From the NCBI GenBank assembly GCA_019057375.1, contig DXJF01000064.1:1-13154 (forward strand): a DNA stretch of 13,154 nt, given 5' to 3'. The stretch is from Candidatus Heimdallarchaeota archaeon (GTDB lineage: Archaea > Asgardarchaeota > Heimdallarchaeia > Heimdallarchaeales > Heimdallarchaeaceae). Position numbers and translations under genes: made by a program. Positions 1 to 6,364 of this stretch are shown piece after piece; within the stretch, counting starts at the first letter, position 1, and every line of letters starts with the position of its first letter. Under the pieces are notes generated by a model that ran no database searches, had not been told where the DNA came from, and worked only from the letters and a program-made list of their open reading frames with translations.

Positions 1-2394
1 GGTAATCACTCCATCAGATAGGACTGTTTGCCCAACATCACTCTTGAATCCTGCTACTCCATAAACTGGATGAATTCCTAAGAATGAATTTGCTAGAACA
101 TCAGCTTGACCATAATATGTTGTACCAGGCGCAATTGTCCCAATATCATCTATCCAGAATAGCTCAGGATCAACAATTTGCCAGTCTGCACCCATTCTTC
201 CATGATATAGGAGGAGTATTACTTCCTCAGCTGGTAGATTTCCAGTATTCTCGATTGAGTAGTATACTGTAACTGGATCACCAACTAGATAAGCAGTGTC
301 ATTCAACGAAACATGAACATTTAGAACAGCTTCATCATCTGCTATTTGAAGATTGATACCATTACTGAAACCAAAGTATTCAAAACCTTCGGTATCCATA
401 TAAGCAAATCTTGCTCCAGTTGATAACCAAGTATTAGTCCATGGTTCATAGTAACTCAAAGGCCGACTGAATCTGTCACCCAAATGAGGTGCTATAGCAT
501 CACCTAAACCGAATAAGTATTGCATTACATCGTAACCAGTTTTTTCTATAGTTGTTAGTTGCAATGTAGGATAAGGAGCATCAACATCAATTTCTGCAAG
601 ACCCATCATACCATAATGGTCATCTTTTGAAGGGATGTTGTCTAAAGCCCAGCTAACATTTACAGATTCATCAGGATGTAATATTGGAATAGTTGTGTTG
701 AGAAATACTTCATTATAAGTATCTTCGGAACCAATTCGTCCTATTTCTCTAATAGTGAAACCAAAGTCCATTAGATCTGGATCAAATATTGATTGTTTAG
801 TATATAATCTATTAAAGAGATCATCTCCAGCTGCTTCTACTGCATCCCAAAGTTCTACTTGATAATCAAGAACAATGTTTGGAACTTCAATCCAAGAATA
901 ATCTTGGATATCTATTGGATCCAGAAAAGCTGTTGTTAAACCTACTAGAGTATCTGGAAGACCATCTGGAGAACTCAGTATTAATTGAGTAGTAACGTCA
1001 CCTGTCAATTCATCACCTGGAAGTGGTGTAGGATCATAGAAATAGGATGTTGTATCGGTTGCTACTTCTTGAACCAAATTTGCAGGATTAATATCTACAT
1101 AAGACATATCAGTATTGTTTTGATACCAACCTGCTAATATTAAGACTGGTTGTTCATAACTAAAGTCTGGATAAGCTCCATCAGGGAATAATAAACCTTC
1201 AAAAGTCATCAAAATTGTTGCATTAATTGTATTGATATACCCTTCATCAATTGTCACATCATCTCTGAGTTCCCAGAGATCAGGTTTATTGGCTAGGTAA
1301 TTTAAGAAATCAGGTCCTAATGGATAACTAATATCTATATCAACTGCATCTTCTTCTCCTGTGTTGGTTACCATATAGTCCATTTGTAATCTGCCAAAAT
1401 CATTAAGCATAACTTGATCGTATGCCATATTAACAGATACTCTTGGAGAAGAGGATAGTGCAGAGTGATCTATGTTATAAACTACCTCATAGTTCATTGC
1501 AGGTTTTGCTAAGGTCCATGGTGTATTTAGATCCCAATCCATCTTTCCTGTAATTTGTGGAGCAAAGTTACCTGGTCGAGGTGTAATGCTCAAAGGATTG
1601 ATAGTATAGGGGAATCTGAACTTAAGAACGGAGAATTTTAGCAGTCCTATGGTTGGGGCTACATCAACGCCAAAGATATTGTGTGTTGATAGAGTATATG
1701 TACTTGCTCCAGTTATTGCATCAGCATTAACATAATATAATCCTCTAGCAGCACTTAACAATCCACCTAAGTTAATTTTACCCATAAAAGCTACTTTTAC
1801 AGGAGAATCAGTCACTTCAACAGGATCTAATAAAGTTGCAAAACCATCAGATATATCTGTTTGATATTCAGCAATTATTGTACTGAATATGGTGCTTGGC
1901 ATTCCTCCAGTAAAGAAGTATAAGTAACTTCCCGGTAATGCTTCTGCTCTAGACCACATCAAATTTGTTCCATAAGCCGCATTAAACAGTAAGGCTATTT
2001 CAACTGCTCTTAACAAACTGCCATCAACTCCCAAAGAATCATCGATATCTAACAGGAGTGTAGCATTATCAGGTGATTTGAAAAATCTTCTTAAGATATA
2101 ATCTTGATAACTTGATTGATCTGAAGCAATAAAAGCCCAATTTTTCACTGCGCTGAATAGTGGATTAGAATCTATAGCTGGCATAACGCCACCTATAAGG
2201 TCTAATTCTATAACAGCTGCAGAATCTATACCAGCGATTATTCGCATTTCTTCTACAAAAACAGGATTCAAAGCACTTGTGTTGAGTACACTTTGATCAG
2301 CTACTAATTGAGCTTGAGTCACTGACCCGCTCATTGTAAGTAGAATAACCGTTAAACCCAACAAGGCTGAACCCAATATTGCCTTATTTTTCAT
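1..2394 (-). CDS. Large secreted acidic cell-surface protein with CARDB/Ig-like motifs (S-layer-like or adhesin-like); 3' end lies beyond the left edge of the window
   Basis: Hand translation gives a stop-free frame from ATG 2394 to position 1 (798 codons), beginning MKNKAILGSALLGLTVILLTMSGSVTQA|QLVADQ. This fits a Sec signal peptide (basic n-region, hydrophobic h-region, TQA cleavage site). GGAGGT RBS at 2400-2405. Two CARDB-like NTG strands: MVTNTGEEDAVDIDI (~1331-1374) and YSIENTGNLPAEEVIL (~211-264). D/E/T-rich and Lys-poor, with seven N-x-S/T sequons counted (NTS, NAT, NAT, NNT, NTT, NVS, NDT). Missing from the ORF track because no stop falls inside the window. Confidence 0.88.
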   Translation of the reverse strand, partial: MKNKAILGSALLGLTVILLTMSGSVTQAQLVADQSVLNTSALNPVFVEEMRIIAGIDSAAVIELDLIGGVMPAIDSNPLFSAVKNWAFIASDQSSYQDYILRRFFKSPDNATLLLDIDDSLGVDGSLLRAVEIALLFNAAYGTNLMWSRAEALPGSYLYFFTGGMPSTIFSTIIAEYQTDISDGFATLLDPVEVTDSPVKVAFMGKINLGGLLSAARGLYYVNADAITGASTYTLSTHNIFGVDVAPTIGLLKFSVLKFRFPYTINPLSITPRPGNFAPQITGKMDWDLNTPWTLAKPAMNYEVVYNIDHSALSSSPRVSVNMAYDQVMLNDFGRLQMDYMVTNTGEEDAVDIDISYPLGPDFLNYLANKPDLWELRDDVTIDEGYINTINATILMTFEGLLFPDGAYPDFSYEQPVLILAGWYQNNTDMSYVDINPANLVQEVATDTTSYFYDPTPLPGDELTGDVTTQLILSSPDGLPDTLVGLTTAFLDPIDIQDYSWIEVPNIVLDYQVELWDAVEAAGDDLFNRLYTKQSIFDPDLMDFGFTIREIGRIGSEDTYNEVFLNTTIPILHPDESVNVSWALDNIPSKDDHYGMMGLAEIDVDAPYPTLQLTTIEKTGYDVMQYLFGLGDAIAPHLGDRFSRPLSYYEPWTNTWLSTGARFAYMDTEGFEYFGFSNGINLQIADDEAVLNVHVSLNDTAYLVGDPVTVYYSIENTGNLPAEEVILLLYHGRMGADWQIVDPELFWIDDIGTIAPGTTYYGQADVLANSFLGIHPVYGVAGFKSDVGQTVLSDGVIT

Positions 2395-2399
2395 TTTAG

Positions 2400-2446
2400 A
2401 CCTCCAATATTGTCTACTCTTAGTTAGTGTTTAAGCGTAATATAAG
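2400..2446 (-). promoter_or_regulatory. Archaeal promoter (TATA box) and RBS of the surface-protein gene
   Basis: Minus strand reads AAAACAATA-CTTATATTA (TATA at 2446-2438), then GGAGGT (2405-2400) five nt before ATG 2394. Confidence 0.6.
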
Positions 2447-2544
2447 TATTGTTTTAGAATCTACCCAAATCAAGAAGTTCGAAAAAAATAGAGGTTCTAG
2501 TTACAATCTTTCTAAATGATTATATGGGAAACTAACATTTTTTT

Positions 2545-2572
2545 AAAAAAAAACTTATCACAAAAAATAAAG
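2545..2572 (-). terminator. Oligo-T terminator region downstream of galT
   Basis: Minus strand has CTTTATTTTTTG (2572-2561) and a T9 run (2553-2545) within about 45 nt after the galT stop. Archaeal intrinsic terminators are oligo-U tracts. Confidence 0.55.
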
Positions 2573-2586
2573 TTAGCAGAAAGAAT

Positions 2587-3543
2587 CTATGACATTTTTT
2601 CTCGAAGTCTACTAGCCGCAGTTTCTGGTAATATCCCATTAATGTAGGTCATCGTACTAGTTTCAACTGCTCCCAACATTTTCAACGATTTGATATTTCT
2701 CTGAGGTGTATGAATTTTAAAATAAAGATGGAACATATTAGATCCTTGTGTATTCAGTGGACTTTGATGTAAAGAAAGTGAATAACTGATGTTTTTCTCG
2801 AAAATATCATTTAGTGAAATAATTGTTTGCTTAATAATGGAAATGAAAGAATTTATCTCTGATCTTGTACACTGATGAAGAAAATTAACATGCCGTTTTG
2901 GATATACAAACACATCATAAGCATGCCTTGCAAAATATGGAACAAATGCTATTAGATTATAATCTTGAAATACAATTCTCTCTTCTTTCTCTTGTTCTTC
3001 AACAATGTAATTACATACCATGCAAGATTTTTCCTTTTCTCTATATTTTTTTATTGAATCAAATTCTTTCTGAATCATATTTGGAATCATTGGAAATGCA
3101 TAGATTTGTCCATGAGGATGGATAAGAGTTGCTCCTACATCTTCACCATAATTTTCGAAAGGTAGTATGTATTTGATATTCTTATCTGTGCTTAATTCTT
3201 TGGTAGCTTCCATCCATGAATTAAAAATCTGGAAAATTTCCTCAGTTGATAAATTAATAAACTTTGCATCGTGATTAGCAGTATATACAACAATTTCACA
3301 GATACCATAACTCCCCATCTTAATCTGAAATTTTCCTGGACTAAATTTTCGAGTGTCACCCTCTGCATCTAGTGCTGGAAATTTATTTGGAATTCTTACA
3401 GATTTTATAAACTCTGGAACATCAGAAGAACCAGAACATAGAGGACAAAAATCCTTCTTTCTGTCTGGTCTTTCTTGCCTTGCTTCTGAATAAATAATCC
3501 ATTCATCAGTAAACGGATTTTTTCTGATTTCTCTATGACTCAT
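2587..3543 (-). CDS. galT: Galactose-1-phosphate uridylyltransferase (GalT/HIT superfamily)
   Basis: Motifs REIRKNPFTDEWII..EARQERP, Zn-binding CPLC, NKFPAL, FENYG...GATLIHPHGQI (HxH nucleophile) and C-terminal GAVE..INGILPE.AA..LR. Start moved from GTG 3597 to ATG 3543 (MSHREIRK) because AGGAG lies at 3558-3554 and family homology begins there. Confidence 0.93.
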   Translation of the reverse strand: MSHREIRKNPFTDEWIIYSEARQERPDRKKDFCPLCSGSSDVPEFIKSVRIPNKFPALDAEGDTRKFSPGKFQIKMGSYGICEIVVYTANHDAKFINLSTEEIFQIFNSWMEATKELSTDKNIKYILPFENYGEDVGATLIHPHGQIYAFPMIPNMIQKEFDSIKKYREKEKSCMVCNYIVEEQEKEERIVFQDYNLIAFVPYFARHAYDVFVYPKRHVNFLHQCTRSEINSFISIIKQTIISLNDIFEKNISYSLSLHQSPLNTQGSNMFHLYFKIHTPQRNIKSLKMLGAVETSTMTYINGILPETAASRLREKMS

Positions 3544-3620
3544 TGTTTTAGAACTCCTATTGCAATATTTAATGTCTTCGGACATTTCCAAATCCACAAA
3601 TCTTCAAGTTTTTCTCCTCC

Positions 3621-3638
3621 CAAAACGTTTATATTTTG
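3621..3638 (+). promoter_or_regulatory. TATA box of the GH57 gene within the divergent galT/GH57 control region
   Basis: TTTATATT at 3628-3635 lies about 25 nt before the in-frame GTG at 3657, the spacing expected for a leaderless transcript. It is flanked by a CAAAA...TTTTG inverted repeat (3621-3625 / 3634-3638). Confidence 0.5.
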
Positions 3639-3656
3639 AATTTAGTGTTTCCTCTT

Positions 3657-4895
3657 GTGTATTCAACAATTGTTTTGCATGCAAATCTGCAGTATGCAGA
3701 AATTCATATAAAGGAAATACCTCAAGTAGTAAAACTGAGCTATATTCCAGTTCTATCAACTCTTCTAGATATTCCTAAAATCGAGGTGGTTCTAAATTTC
3801 ACAGGAGTTACTTTGGAGATACTGAAAAATGGTTATCCTGAAGTTATTGATTTACTTAAGGAAGGAATTGATCAAGGCAAATTTGAAATGACAGGTTGTG
3901 GATATTCACACCCAATATTCCCATTACTACCAGAAACTGATATGAAGAAGCAAATTGAATTTAACAACAATGTTCTAGAATCCACACTAAATTACAAACC
4001 TAGGGGTTTTTGGTTACCAGAACTAGCTTATGACCCACTAATTCCTAGAGTTCTCAAAAGTTTTGATTTCTTATATACTTTTGTTGACGAAGAATTATAC
4101 AATATGAGTTCTCCTTTACTTAACGATTCAAATGAATACAATGTCCCTTATTATTCTGCTTCGCATTACATGATAGAATTCATGAAAGCAAAAGGAATAG
4201 TTCGTAAATTTTTCAAATATAGAAAGGCCACAAAAGGTCTTAAAAGATATGCAAAGAAATCTAACTTTTATCCAGTTGAATTGAAAGGTGTTAAAGGCAC
4301 AATCACAGGATTGAAGATTCCCCAAGCATGGAGTATTTTCTCTACTGCAAGTTTATTGAAATTCCCCTTTCTTAAACCTAAAAAAGCAATTAAAACTATT
4401 GCAAAATTCAGGAATGATCCTGGATTGGTCATACCTTATGGAACCGATATCGAATTTTTTGGTTATAGAAGTCTTGTTGATGGAAAACTACCAACAGAAA
4501 AACATCTAAGGGATTTTCTTGAAAAAATGATAAAGATTCAAGATAATCAGATGATTTTACCTTCTAAATATCTAAAAGATAACAAACCAAAAGATCTCGG
4601 ATATTTGAAAACAGGGAGTTGGGCGCCTAATAGAAGATTAGATATTTGGACAAGAGATGAAGATAATCAGAAACTTGAAAGATTGTGCTGGGAAGCTCGT
4701 TGGTATTTTGCTCATTTGCCAGAAAGTGAGATAACTGAACAAATGTGGAAACATTTACTACTTGCTGAAAATAGTGATGGAAGAGGATGGGATCCAATAC
4801 CTGAAAGAAGATTGGACTGTTTTTCGCATGCTCATGAGGCAATCGATTTAGCTAAAGAAAAATACCTTGATCGATATTTGTATAAGAAAAAGTAG
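3657..4895 (+). CDS. galA: Glycoside hydrolase family 57, alpha-galactosidase subgroup (Pyrococcus GalA-like), cytoplasmic
   Basis: GH57 conserved regions are present: LHANLQYAEI, GCGYSHPIFPLLP, GFWLPELAYDP (nucleophile Glu codon 4020-4022), YGTDIEFFGYR (acid/base Asp codon 4446-4448), TGSWAP...IW, LAENSDGRGWDPIPERRLDCF. The NLQYAEI, GTDIEF and ENSD.RGW.P.PERRLD pattern is what I recall for the Thermococcales GH57 alpha-galactosidase. GTG 3657 is preferred over TTG 3636 from TATA spacing and the family N-terminus. No signal peptide. Confidence 0.88.
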   Translation: MYSTIVLHANLQYAEIHIKEIPQVVKLSYIPVLSTLLDIPKIEVVLNFTGVTLEILKNGYPEVIDLLKEGIDQGKFEMTGCGYSHPIFPLLPETDMKKQIEFNNNVLESTLNYKPRGFWLPELAYDPLIPRVLKSFDFLYTFVDEELYNMSSPLLNDSNEYNVPYYSASHYMIEFMKAKGIVRKFFKYRKATKGLKRYAKKSNFYPVELKGVKGTITGLKIPQAWSIFSTASLLKFPFLKPKKAIKTIAKFRNDPGLVIPYGTDIEFFGYRSLVDGKLPTEKHLRDFLEKMIKIQDNQMILPSKYLKDNKPKDLGYLKTGSWAPNRRLDIWTRDEDNQKLERLCWEARWYFAHLPESEITEQMWKHLLLAENSDGRGWDPIPERRLDCFSHAHEAIDLAKEKYLDRYLYKKK

Positions 4896-4911
4896 AGAAT
4901 AAATTTAATAG

Positions 4912-4936
4912 AACGACAATATTTATATTAATCGTT
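4912..4936 (+). promoter_or_regulatory. TATA box embedded in an imperfect palindrome (candidate operator) upstream of the thioredoxin-fusion gene
   Basis: AACGA-C-AATAT-TT-ATATT-AA-TCGTT, containing TTTATATT at 4922-4929. Confidence 0.45.
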
Positions 4937-4980
4937 TCAAATCTCTATGTATTCGTTTATTGATTAGATGTTGGGGCAAT

Positions 4981-5814
4981 ATGGAAATAGAAATTTATAT
5001 TCATGATGAGCATTGTGATCACTGTCAACCTACGTTAAAGTTTCTAACTGCAGTCATCAGTGCTCTAAAAACACAGGAAGTTAAACTAATAGTTCATCAA
5101 GTTAGTAAAAATAGGGAATCAGCTGAGAAAAAGGGCATACCATTAAATCAGTTACCAGCAATTCTTCTCCCTTCAGGATGTATTGTAGCAGGATCACTAT
5201 CACATGATTTGATAGGAGTTCTTGTTTGTAGTTTTTTAGCTAAATCAAAAGTTCCAATTCAATCAATAGAAAAATTTGAATTAAGTAAGAAAGAAGCCCC
5301 CCTACTCTTGGGATTAGCATCTGCAATGATAGAATATCAAGCAGCTTACACATTAAGAAGAGATAGATCTTATACTTTCATTATCAAAGAATCTACAGAA
5401 CAAATACCACTAGAAAGGTATGAACAATTATCTAAAAACACAAAAATTATGGTTTTAACAAACTTTGAGAAACAGACCAGTACTGAGTTGTATGAACTTG
5501 GTTTAGATCCTAATGTTTTTTTGGGGCATATTATTCGAGATAATATCTACCTCTCTGCTAATCTTATTATCTGGAGAGATCGTTCAAATCACGTTAGCTT
5601 CTTCAGAGTAAGAAGAGTTGAAGGTGAAAAATACGTGGGAACTTGCTCCTGCCTTTTAGGTGACGGGAAACAAATGATAAAAGATTTCTTCAAACCATTA
5701 TTTCTAACATCAGCAACGATAGACACTGATGGAACAAAAGGTTCTGGACAAAATAGAATTGTAGCAAATGTTAAAGAAGTTAGTAATGATTTAGATCAGT
5801 TGCTTAGAAGATAA
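4981..5814 (+). CDS. N-terminal thioredoxin-like CxxC domain fused to an uncharacterised, possibly DICT-like, sensory domain
   Basis: The N-terminus IEIYIHDEHCDHCQPTLKFL...LPAILLPSG shows a beta-strand, CxxC, helix and later cis-Pro-type P-A segment, as in a Trx fold. The C-terminal SAMIEYQAA...RYEQLSKNTKIMVL loosely resembles my recollection of DICT domains (S..IE..A ... RY..La...v.v). ATG 4981 preferred; the ORF track starts at TTG 4960. Confidence 0.7.
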   Translation: MEIEIYIHDEHCDHCQPTLKFLTAVISALKTQEVKLIVHQVSKNRESAEKKGIPLNQLPAILLPSGCIVAGSLSHDLIGVLVCSFLAKSKVPIQSIEKFELSKKEAPLLLGLASAMIEYQAAYTLRRDRSYTFIIKESTEQIPLERYEQLSKNTKIMVLTNFEKQTSTELYELGLDPNVFLGHIIRDNIYLSANLIIWRDRSNHVSFFRVRRVEGEKYVGTCSCLLGDGKQMIKDFFKPLFLTSATIDTDGTKGSGQNRIVANVKEVSNDLDQLLRR

Positions 5815-5819
5815 GCCAC

Positions 5820-5830
5820 TTTTATTTTTT
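5820..5830 (+). terminator. Oligo-T terminator of the thioredoxin-fusion gene, overlapping the end of the convergent micro-ORF
   Basis: TTTTATTTTTT starts 5 nt after stop 5814. It doubles as the antisense of the Lys-Lys-stop codons of the 59-aa ORF. Confidence 0.45.
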
Positions 5831-6001
5831 CTTTAAAACTCCAAAACCATCACATAAACTGAATTTAATCATGCACTCTCCAGTTTTTGTAACGTAATAT
5901 TTACAGTATCCTCCCATAATAGGATCGTATTTTTCACAATCAGCACTTGAATCGTCTTCTTCTGAGTTATTTTTGCTAGGAGGGAGTGGGATATCTGCCA
6001 T
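5822..6001 (-). CDS. 59-aa Cys4 micro-protein (C-x10-C-x9-C-x6-C), function unknown
   Basis: MADIPLPPSKNNSEEDDSSADCEKYDPIMGGYCKYYVTKTGECMIKFSLCDGFGVLKKK. AGGTG RBS at 6012-6008 supports ATG 6001. It has its own BRE/TATA-like GAAAATA-TTATATATA at 6050-6035, and fills an otherwise empty gap. Confidence 0.7.
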   Translation of the reverse strand: MADIPLPPSKNNSEEDDSSADCEKYDPIMGGYCKYYVTKTGECMIKFSLCDGFGVLKKK

Positions 6002-6007
6002 AATGCG

Positions 6008-6050
6008 CACCTATAGAAATATGAATTCGTGCAGTATATATAATATTTTC
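6008..6050 (-). promoter_or_regulatory. Promoter and RBS of the 59-aa micro-protein gene
   Basis: GAAAATA (6050-6044), TTATATATA (6043-6035) and AGGTG (6012-6008). Confidence 0.55.
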
Positions 6051-6062
6051 TTAATGTTTGAA

Positions 6063-6212
6063 TCATCCAGTTAGATATTTGGGGTTTATTCTTTCACAGT
6101 TAGGACAAAATTCATCATTTTTACCTAAAGCTGTTTCACATCCAGTACACTTGAATGGTTTATCATCCTTCTCTTTTGCTTCGTTTTTTTCTGAATTTAT
6201 GTCACTAAACAT
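6063..6212 (-). CDS. 49-aa zinc-ribbon micro-protein (CxxC-x10-CxxC), not in the ORF track
   Basis: Hand translation: MFSDINSEKNEAKEKDDKPFKCTGCETALGKNDEFCPNCERINPKYLTG*. The F-K-CTGC-x10-CPNC pattern is typical of small archaeal zinc-ribbon proteins. ATG 6212, TGA 6065-6063. Confidence 0.78.
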   Translation of the reverse strand: MFSDINSEKNEAKEKDDKPFKCTGCETALGKNDEFCPNCERINPKYLTG

Positions 6213-6304
6213 TTTCTAATAATACTTTAGAACAGATGATTAATAATTATTACGGGTTAGCTAATCAAGATTAATTAATTTATTTTTTTACAAGGACACA
6301 ATGC

Positions 6305-6358
6305 TTATTATATGTCTTGAACCTCATAATCTTTAAGATAGATAATGAATCTGGTGGT
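6305..6358 (+). promoter_or_regulatory. TATA-like box and RBS of the AMP phosphorylase/cgi121 unit
   Basis: TTATTATAT at 6305-6313; GGTGGT at 6353-6358, six nt before ATG 6365. Confidence 0.45.
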
Positions 6359-6364
6359 ATTAAA

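Noticed and set aside
2538-2553. T7-A9 palindrome as a hairpin terminator or repeat element
   Set aside because: It is low complexity and adequately explained as an oligo-T terminator tract for galT.
84-4842. Short ORF-track ORFs 84-272, 2898-3125, 3560-3778, 4128-4325 and 4627-4842
   Set aside because: They are antisense or out-of-frame shadows of the surface-protein, galT and GH57 genes, with no motifs or RBS.
5869-6066. 65-aa minus ORF whose ATG overlaps the zinc-ribbon stop (ATGA)
   Set aside because: The ATGA overlap is suggestive, but the ORF overlaps the better supported 59-aa gene in another frame, runs through that gene's promoter and RBS, and has no recognisable motif.
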